This document shows positions 9,566-21,287 of a DNA stretch of 64,000 nucleotides, in pieces (the stretch's first letter is position 1; each line of letters starts with the position of its first letter). The notes under the pieces are model-generated. The model was not told where the DNA came from. It did not search any database and saw only the letters and a list, made by a program, of their open reading frames with translations. The translations under genes and the position numbers were made by a program. Source of the DNA: Andalucia godoyi And28 (taxonomy: Eukaryota; Protista; Jakobida); the NCBI GenBank assembly GCA_009859145.1, contig VRVR01000006.1, forward strand, positions 119,335-183,334. The letters run 5' to 3'.

Positions 9566-10924
9566 ATGCGTGAAGTTATCTCGATCCACGTCGGCCAAGC
9601 TGGTTCTCAGATTGGTAACGCCTGCTGGGAGCTGTTCTGCCTCGAGCACGGAATCCAGCCGGACGGCCAGATGCCCTCTGACAAGACCATCGGTATGGAG
9701 GATGATGCCTTCAACACCTTCTTCTCCGAGACTGGTGCTGGAAAGCATGTTCCCCGCTGCGTCTTCGTCGATCTTGAACCGACGGTCGTTGACGAGGTCC
9801 GTACTGGTACCTACCGCCAGCTGTTCCACCCCGAGCAGCTGATCTCCGGAAAGGAGGATGCCGCCAACAACTACGCCCGTGGACACTACACCATCGGAAA
9901 GGAAATCATCGACCTGACGCTCGACCGCATCCGCAAGTTGGCTGACAACTGCACGGGTCTCCAGGGATTCTTGGTCTTCCACGCATTCGGTGGTGGTACC
10001 GGTTCCGGTTTCGGCGCCCTCCTTTTGGAGCGCTTGTCTGTTGACTACGGCAAGAAGTCGAAGCTCGAGTTTGGAGTTTTCCCGTCTCCCCAGGTTGCAA
10101 CCGCCGTTGTCGAGCCGTACAACACCGTTCTTGCCTGCCACGGAATGATCGAGCACTCGGACTGCGCCTTCCTGGTCGACAACGAGGCCTTGTATGACAT
10201 CTGCCGCCGTGCACTTGACATTGAGCGCCCGACCTACACCAACCTGAACCGCTTGGTTGCCCAGTGCATCTCGTCGATCACCGCCTCCCTTCGTTTCGAT
10301 GGTGCGCTGAACGTCGATCTGACCGAGTTCCAGACCAACCTGGTTCCGTACCCGCGTATCCACTTCCCCGTCGTCTCGTATGCCCCGATCATCTCTGCGG
10401 AGAAGGCGTATCACGAGCAGCTCTCTGTTGCCGAGATCACCAACTCGGTCTTCGAGCCCGCCATGATGATGGCCAAGTGCGACCCCCGCCACGGAAAGTA
10501 CATGGCATGCTGCTTGATGTACCGTGGAGACGTTGTCCCCAAGGACGTGAACGCCGCCATTGCCACCATCAAGACCAAGCGTACCATCCAGTTCGTTGAC
10601 TGGTGCCCGACTGGTTTCAAGGTTGGTATCAACTACCAGCCCCCGACCGTTGTCCCCGGAGGTGATCTTGCCAAGGTCCAGCGCTCTGTGTGCATGATGG
10701 CCAACTCGACTGCCATTGCCGAGGTTCTCTCCCGCATGGACCACAAGTTCGATCTCATGTACGCCAAGCGTGCCTTCGTCCACTGGTATGTTGGTGAGGG
10801 TATGGAGGAGGGTGAGTTCTCCGAGGCCCGCGAGGATCTTGCAGCCCTTGAGAAGGACTACGAGGAGGTCGGAGCCGAGTCTGCCGACGGCGAGGGTGAG
10901 GAGGAAGGTGCCGAGGAATACTAA
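9566..10924 (+). CDS. TUBA: Alpha-tubulin
   Basis: [16 protein letters not shown]-terminal EEY. Full-length and intronless. Confidence 0.99.
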   Translation: MREVISIHVGQAGSQIGNACWELFCLEHGIQPDGQMPSDKTIGMEDDAFNTFFSETGAGKHVPRCVFVDLEPTVVDEVRTGTYRQLFHPEQLISGKEDAANNYARGHYTIGKEIIDLTLDRIRKLADNCTGLQGFLVFHAFGGGTGSGFGALLLERLSVDYGKKSKLEFGVFPSPQVATAVVEPYNTVLACHGMIEHSDCAFLVDNEALYDICRRALDIERPTYTNLNRLVAQCISSITASLRFDGALNVDLTEFQTNLVPYPRIHFPVVSYAPIISAEKAYHEQLSVAEITNSVFEPAMMMAKCDPRHGKYMACCLMYRGDVVPKDVNAAIATIKTKRTIQFVDWCPTGFKVGINYQPPTVVPGGDLAKVQRSVCMMANSTAIAEVLSRMDHKFDLMYAKRAFVHWYVGEGMEEGEFSEAREDLAALEKDYEEVGAESADGEGEEEGAEEY

Positions 10925-11176
10925 ACATCTGGGGTCTTCCAATGATTGTGTTTCGGTTTCGTTTCTTTTGAACTCTTTTTTTTTCTTCTTGTTTTTGTGC
11001 GCAATAAACTTCGAACCATTTACCGCACCACTCGCCAAAAACCGTTATTGGTCATCGGCTACGCTGTCACTGAAGGCAGATGCAAAGCCACATGTGTTTT
11101 TTGATTGTTTATTTGGGGCGAGCACCAACTCGGCATCAACGGGGTCATCGCAACCAACATACTTCTCCCAATCGAT

Positions 11177-11400
11177 TCAACATTCAACAATGAACGTTGC
11201 TCGTGAATCGTGTTGGTCGCAAGCATGAGGACACCGGAAATGCTCCAGACTACCGATCTTCTCGTGGATTCGGAAACATCCCCTGCATCCTTTCGTCGTG
11301 TACGGCTCTTTCACAACCTGGATTGCCGTCCCCGTCCTCCGTCCTACATGCTCCAACACAGCTCGGGACTTCCCATGGGCTCAACCATATCGACAGAATT
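11177..11400 (-). pseudogene. Fanzor2/TnpB C-terminal fragment (RuvC-II plus zinc finger)
   Basis: Minus frame reads YG*AHGKSRAVLEHVGRRTGTAIQVVKEPYTTKGCRGCFRIHEKIGSLEHFRCPHAC. This matches the TnpB/Fz2 pattern W.H..F...L...V.E.YTSK.C..C....G...F.C..C, with TGA at the Trp position. RuvC-III is not recognisable. Confidence 0.8.
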
Positions 11401-11545
11401 TTTCATGCAGAGAAACAGTTTGTGATGAAACGCCGCAGCTATAATAATAACAATATAAAAAAAAGAAACATCCATCGGGTTGAATGCCGAAGACAGGAAA
11501 GGTCCCGGGAGAGTCGTCGCTGAAAATGTCTGTTTCTGGGGTCAT

Positions 11546-12874
11546 TTAGGATGCGGGAGGACGGGAATCTGGCTGCATGTCCTCCAGAGCAATTGCTTCG
11601 TACTCGAGCAAGCTTAGGTCCAGCGAGGACTTTTCAATCTTGCAAGATTCCAATTCGTTCGCTAATGCAGACCATGAATCGGTGTCCGAGAGCGTCTGAA
11701 CCCAAACACAGTAGTCTGTGAGATAGATTGTGGACAGCCGAAACCGGGCTTCTGCACGATCGAAAAGGTACTTGCATTCCAGGAGAGCACGGAGAACTGC
11801 CTTTTGGCCATTCTTGAGCATTGCAACCACGTCCGACTGCACTCTCGTGGCGAGTTTGAAATTGCGATACAGCGGAAAGCTCAGCGATCTTCGGAAAAAC
11901 GACGTCAGCACCGCTTCTACATTTTCAAAGCGAACAAGCCAGGAGAGAACCCCAGAGCACTTTGCAATGCACCAGTCGCTCTCCACCGATGGATCGCCCA
12001 TGTTGATCCGGTGGTCGTAAGCATAGGCCAACAGAATGTCGACGAGGTCCATGCACAGGTCATGCTGTTCAGCGCGCGAAAAGGGCAGGAATTCCTTCTT
12101 CGGAAGCTTGAGCATAAATTCATTCTCTTTGGTGGAGAACACAACAAGATCCGAATACTTTGGATCCCAGCGCATGATTGGTTTGATATCGTCTTCGTTC
12201 CCGAACGTATCGAACAGATACTGGTCGGCGTCAAACGCAGACTCTTCCTCAATGCGCTTCTGGAGCGAAATATCTTCTTGCGACAGCTTTTCGGGATCCG
12301 GATTCGAGAGAATCTCTGAAATGTCTTCATGCAGATCCGAAAACACTTGCGAATGCAAGCAAGCGAAGCCGTACCTTTGCACTCCGGAAAGTTCAACGGT
12401 TGCAGACTTGGCAAAGTGACTGGCATGCATCTGATCTGAAATGTCCACTTCAATGTCTCGTTGTTCATCGCCAAACGTCTCTTCCGAGACAACCTCAATC
12501 AGCGGCTTTTTCGTGACAACGGAGGATGACGCATCAGAAGACGCGAGTAAAAGTGACGGCGAAGAAGACAATGGACGCGACTTGTTCGTCAACAGACTGG
12601 TCAGCATCTCCAAGCTTGTGAAGTGCTCTCCCTTGTTGAGCTTCGGAAGAAGAACCGTTGAAAATCCAGTGTCGAAGTTGTAAGTCGCGGACTCGCTCCC
12701 ATCTTCAATGAGCTCTTGGTCAAAATGAAGGGCCAACAGGTACGGATGCACAAAGAATTTGAACTCGCGTTGCATTATGTAAAACTCCATTTCCGCACTT
12801 CGAACGTGCGGAACGCGTATTCGAATAATGACAAAGTTCTCATCCTGTGTAAGCTCGAAATACGGTGTGATCAT
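11546..12874 (-). CDS. SHQ1: H/ACA RNP assembly chaperone SHQ1
   Basis: MITPYFELTQDENFVIIRIRVP (CS domain), FKFFVHPYLL, YGF, DILLAYAYDHR..GDPSVESDW.I.K.S..LSW, RRSLSFPLYRNF. Start at ATG 12874. Confidence 0.93.
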   Translation of the reverse strand: MITPYFELTQDENFVIIRIRVPHVRSAEMEFYIMQREFKFFVHPYLLALHFDQELIEDGSESATYNFDTGFSTVLLPKLNKGEHFTSLEMLTSLLTNKSRPLSSSPSLLLASSDASSSVVTKKPLIEVVSEETFGDEQRDIEVDISDQMHASHFAKSATVELSGVQRYGFACLHSQVFSDLHEDISEILSNPDPEKLSQEDISLQKRIEEESAFDADQYLFDTFGNEDDIKPIMRWDPKYSDLVVFSTKENEFMLKLPKKEFLPFSRAEQHDLCMDLVDILLAYAYDHRINMGDPSVESDWCIAKCSGVLSWLVRFENVEAVLTSFFRRSLSFPLYRNFKLATRVQSDVVAMLKNGQKAVLRALLECKYLFDRAEARFRLSTIYLTDYCVWVQTLSDTDSWSALANELESCKIEKSSLDLSLLEYEAIALEDMQPDSRPPAS

Positions 12875-13276
12875 GGTGATGTCTGCACGTGTGTTGCCTA
12901 CTCCAAAATCCGACCTCAGCAATATACGCCAGATCTGACACACAGCGATACTCGGACATCGGAAACGCCCATCGTCGTTTCACAGACGACCAGAACGGGA
13001 CGCCCAAGCACACGCCCAAGTGACGCGACTCAACAAGCAATTATGCTCTACAGTTATTCGTGGAAGAAACCGAAAATTTTCATCAAAAGCAAGAGAGAGA
13101 GAGAGAGGGAGAGAGAGAGAGAGATAGAGTGTGTGTGAGTGTGTTTGTGATGTGTCGCACGCCGAAGTAGCGTTTCTTTGGATTTTGACTGCACCAGGAG
13201 GACGTTCAGATTGCGATTCAAAAAAAAGAAAAAGAAAAACCAGCAAGCAAACAAACAGAGACGGTTGTTCTGCAGA

Positions 13277-13929
13277 ATGGAATTCAATCCTAATCAGTTT
13301 GAAACACTAGCCAACCTTTTGAGAAATCCAGAAGATCAAGATGAGACAGCAGCACAAACATCCGATTCTCGAGATGCGTATTCTACTCCTGGTCAAATAG
13401 GAAGTTCTGCACAGACTGCTGGGACTGCAGAGTCCAAGAAAAAGGTTTCAAACTCCAAGGATATTTGGGATGTGGACGAGCTGGAGGGAACCGATTACTT
13501 TGATGTTGACGATGGGCGCAAAGCACCATTGTATGAGATCAAACGAAAAACACGAGTGCGCTCGGAAGACGTGTTTCTGGGCATTGACTTTGATAGATCA
13601 GGAATGGAGGATCTTGTCATCGTCATTGAGCTTCCGGACACGAGGACGGGAGATGTTTCGCTTGATGTAACTGCCTCTGCTTTGCGACTGTTCTCTCCCA
13701 AGTTGTATGTACCTTTTCTTTCTCTTCCCGTTCTTCCTCGGGTTTTGATACGCGCGTAGTCGCACTTGTGGTGCTTACTCTTCTTCTTCTTTTCCGTGTT
13801 CTTGCAATACTTTGCAGCAAATTGAATCTCCCGTTTCCTCGAAAAGTCGACAATGAAAAAGGAAGAGCACAGTTTGTCAAAGACAAGGAGCAACTTGTGC
13901 TCACCCTCCCGATTGTTGACGAACTGTGA
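13277..13929 (+). CDS. DNAAF6: Axonemal dynein assembly factor PIH1D3/DNAAF6 (2 exons; intron 13705-13817)
   Basis: KDIWD..E, DGRKAPLYEI.....SEDVFLG, LVIVIELP. The GTATGT...TTTGCAG intron restores KLNLPFPRKVDNEKGRAQF..DKEQLVLTLPI. Confidence 0.88.
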
Positions 13930-14096
13930 GGAGGGCTGTACAGCAACACAGGGGAGGGAGGAAGAGGGGACAACAAGGAAAGGCAGACCGCCCCAAAAAA
14001 TAATAATAAATAAATTTAAATAAAAAAACACGAATAGGACTCATGACGTACATGCTACTGATGAATGGGGTGTGCCAGAAATGCTCGAACGCTCGA

Positions 14097-17000
14097 TCAA
14101 AGGAAGATTCTGCGCACAACGCGGCCATCTCCTCCACAAGAATCGATGTGAGTTGGGAAGACGTTCACTTGCATGACACCAAAAGAACGCATCACTGTCT
14201 TCCCTTGGATCCCGTAGAACGTGTGGCGAGGATGCGCACCCTCCAAATGGGCAATGGGCTCAAGGGACTCGACATCCCAGATGCGAATGTCGCCGTCGGT
14301 GCAACCAGACGCAAACAACCTGCCGGAAACCTTCTCAAGAGACAGCGACCGAACGGATCCCGTATGGGAAACAAGAGTCTTGACAACGCACATGGATTCC
14401 AAGCTGAACGCTACCAAGTCTCCCTTTTTCCCACCCACGATTACAATCTTGCGCGAAGGGATGTACAACACGGATCGTGGATCTACATCGTCAAACTCGT
14501 ACACTTGTCGACAGCAGACTGGCTGTGGATACAAAAAGTCCCACAAAACCAATTCTTTGGCGCTCCCAGATACACCCACAGTCACAACAACAGATCCTCC
14601 ATCGACAAATGCAAAGTCTGAGCAGCGAGATGCGTGCGCCGGAATACTCAAAAACGGACTGAACGAATCAACGTCATCGCCCCAGCGCCACAGATAAAAC
14701 CCACCGTCACGATCACATGCACCAAACTTGTTTCCTTGTTCGGAGAATCGAACACTGATGATGGCAGCGGGCGCTGCAGCCGGGCCTGCAGGACGCGTGT
14801 ATTGACGGATTCGCTCGGACGCTCCAAATTGCCACAACGAAACGGATCCGTCGGTGTTGCCGGACACATAAAACGGCAAGAAAGGGTGTGACGCAAGGGA
14901 ATGGGAAGTCACATCATGCGGATCATCATGGCGAGCAGTCTCATTTAAGGGTTGTGCGACCGGGACCGGAACTGGCAGCGTCTGGGCAAAGGAAGGACGG
15001 TTCAGGATTTGCTCCACATTGCTGGACAGACCCGCAGAGAAACTTGTCGACATGGACAGCAACGACAGCGATGCATTCACAGACGGAGAGCGGGAGGAGG
15101 GATTCGTGTGAGCGCCCAGTTTCTTCGAAAATCTGTCCTCGGCAGAAGTGGAGGATGCAACAGTTGGAGTCGTGGCACCAGATGAATGGAAGACAGTTCC
15201 ACTCTCCACCTGATCGGTTCTCGAAGTCCAGATATCAAATTTCGACTTTGGTGTTGCAGAAGTGTGCGGATTGGCCATGGCAGCATCATTGTCACGGGAT
15301 GCTCGGTCGTCGAACTGATGCAAAACACTGTCAAAGCTACCCGCTTCATCGTCCTGCAACGAACTGAACGAAGGAGACCTTTTCCTGTATTTCATCGAAT
15401 GCAGAACATCAAATTCACGCAAACAAGAACGGACAGATACAGCAACATGTTTCTGATCCTCCGAGTTGGTACACATGCTCCATACCAACTCTTTGTGGAA
15501 CTTGGCCATTTCTATTGCAGGCGAGAAGTTGAGCTTCGACGCAAACGGTCTCGGCGGCGTAATCAAGTTGGGCATGTTGAATAGCAGATCACTGAGAAGC
15601 GGGTTCCTGTCTGACACGTAGAAATCGGATGAATAGAGCAGCTCAATCATGTGCATACAAAGGTCTTGGGCAACTTCACTGGGACTCGACGCCAACCGCA
15701 AGAGAGCAGACTTTGCTTCGAAATGATTTGCTAGGCGAACGTTCACAAACACTTCTTCCATGACGGGAACCTTTCGTGGGGGACCAAATATTTTCTTTGC
15801 GGCCTCCCTCAATGAGTCATCCTGTGTTTGCTTGAGAAGATGCGACAGAGAGTGGAAACCCTCCCCATTGCCGACTGCCTTCTGTGAAGAGCCGGGTTTA
15901 ACAATTGTGCTCAATCGATCCTTCCACGATGATGACTTCGACTGTTGCGTAAGTCCTTGAGAAGAGGACCCATACTTCCCGTACTTGGTACCCGCAATGC
16001 TTTTCAAAAGGTCAACCACATGCACGCGATGTGAAAGAGGAATCTCGTACATGCACAGACACAGAGAAAGCGAGCACGTCGAATCCCAAATGCGCAAAGA
16101 CTGGAAGGCCGAGCTCATTAACGACGCCCAATAGCGCGCACCACCAACGTGTTCCAGAACCGACAAGTCGGACTGGGAGGAAGATGACAGCTGGATATGA
16201 TCACTCTCGAGTTCCGATACGACGGAGCGCCACATGGATTCCGCAAGCACCCAGAGATGCGAAATCAGGAGAACAGGGAAAAACGCCGAAAACACAATTC
16301 TCGGATTGATTGCAAACTTCTCGGAGACATCATTGATGGAAGAGAAGTACTTCTTGGGTTTTCCAACAGACTCGTAATCGTGATATGCCGTCTCCAGTTC
16401 GCAGTCTACTTCCGCAATCATTTTGGAAATCCACTCTGAGAGTTTGCCTCCCGGGGACTTGATGAAGAAACGGAGAGAAGAAGCAAGTTGTTTGGTAGCA
16501 AAAAACGAAGCAGAAACCGCGTTACTCAGTTGCATGGATGACAGTATATGCGCCATCCAGACAGTGAAGACGAACGTGGCAGACACGCCCGGGACAAAAA
16601 ACACAGAGTCGGCAAGAGAGGCACCGTTGGATATGACTCGATCCTCAGCAATGGACATCGCTGCTAGGAATTCGGAGGCGATATTGCGCAAATGCTTCCT
16701 CTCCTTCGTTGTAAACCCTTCCGCGGCTGCCCGCACGGTAACAAAGAGAGAAGGATTTGAAGACTGATAGCAAGCGGCAATAAGGTCAAGAGCATCCTGC
16801 TCCGAGAGCGCAAATGCATCTGATGACATGGAGTCTGAAACAACGCGCGGAAGAGATAAAATCCAACCGCTGGTCCAGAGCAACGGCTGCACAGCACTGA
16901 CAATATCCTCCGGATCTACCAAAAACGCAAGTCGAACAGTATCTTGAAGTCGCATTTGGGAAAAGAACATGGAAGACAGCCGAGGTTCCAGGAAGTTAGC

Positions 17001-20000
17001 AAGCAACTTATCATCCGCAACCGCAAGATTGCATCTCACAAAATTCCAATCGTCTTCCGTTAGGCTATTCGATGAAAAATGCAGCAACATCAGACCAAGA
17101 ACAGCGTTCGCCATGAATGGACCGAATTCCGACGCATTCAATTCTCCGGATTCGTCACCTTCGATGCACGAATTCAACAGAAGCAAATACTCCAAAGCCA
17201 TCGACGGACACCCAAACGCTTTGTAGTACTGAACGGTTCGACTGAGCAACCCAACTGTCAACGACGGATCTCCAAACTTCTGCTTCAGCTTCGAAGTAAA
17301 CGAATAAATCTCAGGAAAATCTGCGTAGCTGTCAATGTGTTCGGCATCGGCGAACACCTCGACTGCATCTTCATGCCGCTGAAGCAAAACAAGTACCATG
17401 TATCGCAGCCACACACGATCTGCTGGAGAATACACTTCTTTGACAGGTTCATTTGTGCTGTCATCAACAATTTCATCGTGTTCCTCTGCACCCGAAAGCC
17501 CAGCGCCATCCACTGCGGTGAACGAAGATTTCCCAAGAGCCGCAGGTGATGATGGCGACTCCAAAAACATCGACATGAAATTTTCTGACAAGATGGAGCT
17601 TGTGTGCGGCCCTTGAAAACTTCCTTCAAACAAACGTGTAACAAACAAGGCCAAAAGCGGGTCCTTTCCATTTCGTACCAACACCTGCACACAATCTTTC
17701 AGAGATCCAGCAAGAAGGAAGTAAGCCGCTGCGAGCTCAAATTTCTGTTTCGAAAGCAATGCATAGGCATTCTTCAACGCAGAAGTTCGTGCTCGCTCAT
17801 CCGCTTCAAAGTCTTGCATGAAGAACTTCTGGAATTTTTCGTTCTTTCCAACTTTGAATAACCCCACGAGTGTGGTCTTCTTCTTCAGGGCCAAATACAG
17901 CAAGGCGCAGTCATTTGCATCCTTGAATTCCAGATACTGCTGCTTCGCCAGTCTTTCTGCAGCCTCCCTCAGTTTTGCAGGATCCTTCATCCATAACGGA
18001 ATACCTATTGCGCGATAGTCCTCCCATCTTACAACAGTCTTATCGCCAGGGGGGAACATTAAATCGAACAGTGCGGATTGAGCATCTGAATGCAGGGCAT
18101 AGCAGATATCTCCGTATGATAATGAACTTGCGCGCTGCGATGGCGGAAGAACTCTGTTGAGAAACGTAAACATACGAAACGACAGCCACACATGGACTCC
18201 AAATACGTCGAGCGTGTGCGGCTGTGTTTGAATCGCGATGAGCGCATCCAGCACAGAGAGAAGCTTCAGTTGGTCGGTAGATGTCAAGCCAACAATGCGA
18301 TACGAAGCAAGCATGTCCCGCAAGTACTCGGCATCTTTCTCCGACAGAGAACGACCTCCCCTAGCATGCGTCTTTGAAGGCATCGCAGACTCAACTTCAT
18401 CAGGTCGTGTATCAAGGTCATCAATCGACCATCCTGCCGCTGAGGACGGCGTTGAGATTTGTGGAGAATTTGAAGACTGATGCAATCCAGATGTTAGAGT
18501 GGAAAGCGCAACCGAGAGCGGACGATTTTGTACGACAACCTCTGCAGCCGTATGCGTTAGCGATTCACTTGATGCAGATATGCTCGACTTCGACCGACTT
18601 TCAAAGGCCTCCAACTGGCGACGCAGGTCCACGAAAATGTCCTCCACCCGGGTTAGCTCTCCGCGATTCATCAAATCTACGAGTACTCGCGGATGAAATT
18701 CCGGAACATGTCGATTTTGCGGGATCGCAAAGATGGGAGACACTTCCGGTCTCCACTTTGAAAGCGCATAAAGCCTGTTGCCAAATGCACATATCACAAC
18801 GCCTTCTTCGCACAGGAACCCACATCCGTTTGAGAAGAACGGCCGCAGAGCCTTTTCATGGACTCGAATCGACTGCACACGCTGGCCACTGACCGCAGTC
18901 ACCAGAACAGTAGGAGTCGCAATGGACGACACTTCTCTTGGAGAAATGTCTGCGACATCTCGGATCGTACTCACGGAGCTCCAAACACCACGGGACAAGT
19001 TGTACACTTCCACATACGGCTCAAAAATTGGAGGGGAGGCAGAGGAATACACACATTTGTTGTACGTCCCGGAGAGAGAGACAAGGCTTGGAGCCACAGT
19101 CAGCATCAACGTTTGAAACGGACCGAACGACATGTGGGATACGCGGTATCCATCGGGCACAGACAAGATCTGTTCTACATACGGCTCTTCCCATTTGGCA
19201 AGTGTCAAGTCCCACTGCGTCACGACGACACGCCGCCCTGAGCCGTCAATGAACGCTACACGGGATTCTTCATCATCGGTTACGCACACATTCTTTGCAC
19301 GGCTGCATCGGGAGATTGTGGATTTGATCGAGAACACCTTGGAAGGCTTGATATCTGCTTCCAGATCCGTGGTCGCCGTTCGAATCAAAGACTGGAATGA
19401 AAACTGACACAGCTGACCAGTTGCCAAGGCGACGTAGATCATACGCTCGCTCAATCTAGCAAATGCACCAACCACACTGCCACTGTCGACCCCTACTATA
19501 TCAGACAGGTCGATTCTTCGACACGCCAGACATTTCGAAATCACTGCAAAATCGCTCATTCCGTGCGTCACTTCCGACGTCGAGCATTTCCAAAGACATA
19601 ACCGCGGGTCCGTATCGGATGCCGAAACAGCAAACAAGTAAAACGCAGCGTTTGGGTCCTTCAAGTTTGGAGCAACACACCGAATCCACAAGAAAGGTGC
19701 ATGCTTGTCGGATTCCGGTAGCAGAGAGGAGCCTTGAATGTGGAACGAGTAAGGACGGGAGGGAAACGGCACGGAATAGCCCTGACCTCCTGAAGTCGTT
19801 GTCGGACTGTCCAACTCGTCATCGAGGCCAATCTCTCGATTTTTCATGTGCACTTCGATGGACACAGCGTGGATTCCTGTCAGCGAAGACCCAAAAAGCA
19901 GCGAATCACCAGGAAACCACGACATGCGATTGAACCCCGCAGTCGTCGAATCTAAGCGCATCACGCTGCGAAGATGCGTATCGCAAGAGGACAGGTTTGC

Positions 20001-21287
20001 CCAGTTGAGAGCCCACAACACGCACCTTCCTTCGTCATCCAGTGACGCGCACAACGGCAACTTTGGATGTCGAGCCATTTCGCGCAACGGCCTCTTATGA
20101 CCAGTCAAATATGAACGCACTCGGACTCTAGAGCGCTCGGCACCACGGTCTCTCTGCCGTCCAACAGACAAATCACACCTCACAATGGTACCTTCATTGT
20201 CAACAAGAAAGAAGAACAAGTGAGATGGCGAAAAGATGACTTCCTCTGGAACGGGTCGGAACGTACACGACAGAAATGAATGATCATTGAACGAAAGGCG
20301 GTGCGGAAGGTTTCTGGGAACCGCATTCGGTATCTTCATCCATGTGCTCACGCGAGGAGTTCGCTTCTGGTCTTCCATGAGGCCCACAATGGCATAGATG
20401 ATGATCGTTCCGTCTTCATCAAACGACACGGCCCATACTTCAGACTCCCTGGAAGAAGAGCGGTTCCGGAAGCAATCCGTATCTTGCATTATACCTCGAG
20501 AAGGATCGTATGGGATCAGCCACTTCACAACAAAAAACCCAGGTTCTGAAGACGAATTCGTGCCGTCAATAACAGTAGACATTGCATAAAACGGCGGTTT
20601 TTCGAACGTCGTAGAGGATGTCGTCCATATTCTTGCTACATTGTCTGAGTTGCACTGCGACAGGATGCAGTTCAACGAGTTCCAGTCGCATCTCGACACC
20701 GGGCCTGGATGCGGAAGGTACTGGAACATCTTGGACGCGAAGTGCCAGACTTTGAAGAATCTTTCCGTGTCGCAGACGGTAAAAAATAGCTGTCCTGAAT
20801 AATTGAACTGAACGTCCACCACGGCGTTGATAAGTGACGGTGACTTCCAGGTCGCTACCCAGGTATCCGTACCTTTCCTCAGGTTTTGGGGTACATTCTG
20901 AGCAATTTCGAACAGCTCAAGATAACTGCCACCAACCAGGAACGAGTCTCCGGAAGGATGGAATGCAGCCACCGTTGGCGGCTTATCCTTGTCATACGAA
21001 GTGATCCGAAAATCATACGCCCAAAACAAATTATCCTTGTGCAGGGACAGGATGTGAACATTCGCAGCTTCAACGACTGCGATTCTCCCTGTTTGTGAAT
21101 TTGCAGAAATGCACTTGACATCCTCTATTCCGAATTTGAAACTCTGAATCAGCGTTCCAAACACTGTAGACACAAAAACGACGTTGCGGGACGCGTATGC
21201 CATCAACTCTCGGCCACGGATATCAAACTGTGCAACACATCGCGGATTTGGGTTTGCACAACCACCGATGATTTGAAGACCTGGCAT
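14097..21287 (-). CDS. DMXL: DmX-like/Rabconnectin-3alpha/RAV1 WD40 protein (V-ATPase RAVE scaffold)
   Basis: N- and C-terminal WD40 repeats. Central Rav1p_C motifs ALHSDAQ, WEDYRAIGIPLW, DCALLYLALKK, ALKNAYALLSKQKFELAAAYFLLAGSLKD. Start at ATG 21287. Confidence 0.92.
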   Translation of the reverse strand: MPGLQIIGGCANPNPRCVAQFDIRGRELMAYASRNVVFVSTVFGTLIQSFKFGIEDVKCISANSQTGRIAVVEAANVHILSLHKDNLFWAYDFRITSYDKDKPPTVAAFHPSGDSFLVGGSYLELFEIAQNVPQNLRKGTDTWVATWKSPSLINAVVDVQFNYSGQLFFTVCDTERFFKVWHFASKMFQYLPHPGPVSRCDWNSLNCILSQCNSDNVARIWTTSSTTFEKPPFYAMSTVIDGTNSSSEPGFFVVKWLIPYDPSRGIMQDTDCFRNRSSSRESEVWAVSFDEDGTIIIYAIVGLMEDQKRTPRVSTWMKIPNAVPRNLPHRLSFNDHSFLSCTFRPVPEEVIFSPSHLFFFLVDNEGTIVRCDLSVGRQRDRGAERSRVRVRSYLTGHKRPLREMARHPKLPLCASLDDEGRCVLWALNWANLSSCDTHLRSVMRLDSTTAGFNRMSWFPGDSLLFGSSLTGIHAVSIEVHMKNREIGLDDELDSPTTTSGGQGYSVPFPSRPYSFHIQGSSLLPESDKHAPFLWIRCVAPNLKDPNAAFYLFAVSASDTDPRLCLWKCSTSEVTHGMSDFAVISKCLACRRIDLSDIVGVDSGSVVGAFARLSERMIYVALATGQLCQFSFQSLIRTATTDLEADIKPSKVFSIKSTISRCSRAKNVCVTDDEESRVAFIDGSGRRVVVTQWDLTLAKWEEPYVEQILSVPDGYRVSHMSFGPFQTLMLTVAPSLVSLSGTYNKCVYSSASPPIFEPYVEVYNLSRGVWSSVSTIRDVADISPREVSSIATPTVLVTAVSGQRVQSIRVHEKALRPFFSNGCGFLCEEGVVICAFGNRLYALSKWRPEVSPIFAIPQNRHVPEFHPRVLVDLMNRGELTRVEDIFVDLRRQLEAFESRSKSSISASSESLTHTAAEVVVQNRPLSVALSTLTSGLHQSSNSPQISTPSSAAGWSIDDLDTRPDEVESAMPSKTHARGGRSLSEKDAEYLRDMLASYRIVGLTSTDQLKLLSVLDALIAIQTQPHTLDVFGVHVWLSFRMFTFLNRVLPPSQRASSLSYGDICYALHSDAQSALFDLMFPPGDKTVVRWEDYRAIGIPLWMKDPAKLREAAERLAKQQYLEFKDANDCALLYLALKKKTTLVGLFKVGKNEKFQKFFMQDFEADERARTSALKNAYALLSKQKFELAAAYFLLAGSLKDCVQVLVRNGKDPLLALFVTRLFEGSFQGPHTSSILSENFMSMFLESPSSPAALGKSSFTAVDGAGLSGAEEHDEIVDDSTNEPVKEVYSPADRVWLRYMVLVLLQRHEDAVEVFADAEHIDSYADFPEIYSFTSKLKQKFGDPSLTVGLLSRTVQYYKAFGCPSMALEYLLLLNSCIEGDESGELNASEFGPFMANAVLGLMLLHFSSNSLTEDDWNFVRCNLAVADDKLLANFLEPRLSSMFFSQMRLQDTVRLAFLVDPEDIVSAVQPLLWTSGWILSLPRVVSDSMSSDAFALSEQDALDLIAACYQSSNPSLFVTVRAAAEGFTTKERKHLRNIASEFLAAMSIAEDRVISNGASLADSVFFVPGVSATFVFTVWMAHILSSMQLSNAVSASFFATKQLASSLRFFIKSPGGKLSEWISKMIAEVDCELETAYHDYESVGKPKKYFSSINDVSEKFAINPRIVFSAFFPVLLISHLWVLAESMWRSVVSELESDHIQLSSSSQSDLSVLEHVGGARYWASLMSSAFQSLRIWDSTCSLSLCLCMYEIPLSHRVHVVDLLKSIAGTKYGKYGSSSQGLTQQSKSSSWKDRLSTIVKPGSSQKAVGNGEGFHSLSHLLKQTQDDSLREAAKKIFGPPRKVPVMEEVFVNVRLANHFEAKSALLRLASSPSEVAQDLCMHMIELLYSSDFYVSDRNPLLSDLLFNMPNLITPPRPFASKLNFSPAIEMAKFHKELVWSMCTNSEDQKHVAVSVRSCLREFDVLHSMKYRKRSPSFSSLQDDEAGSFDSVLHQFDDRASRDNDAAMANPHTSATPKSKFDIWTSRTDQVESGTVFHSSGATTPTVASSTSAEDRFSKKLGAHTNPSSRSPSVNASLSLLSMSTSFSAGLSSNVEQILNRPSFAQTLPVPVPVAQPLNETARHDDPHDVTSHSLASHPFLPFYVSGNTDGSVSLWQFGASERIRQYTRPAGPAAAPAAIISVRFSEQGNKFGACDRDGGFYLWRWGDDVDSFSPFLSIPAHASRCSDFAFVDGGSVVVTVGVSGSAKELVLWDFLYPQPVCCRQVYEFDDVDPRSVLYIPSRKIVIVGGKKGDLVAFSLESMCVVKTLVSHTGSVRSLSLEKVSGRLFASGCTDGDIRIWDVESLEPIAHLEGAHPRHTFYGIQGKTVMRSFGVMQVNVFPTHIDSCGGDGRVVRRIFL

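Noticed and set aside
9554-11038. 494-aa antisense ORF over alpha-tubulin
   Set aside because: Mirror ORF caused by strong codon bias in a highly expressed gene; no recognisable domain.
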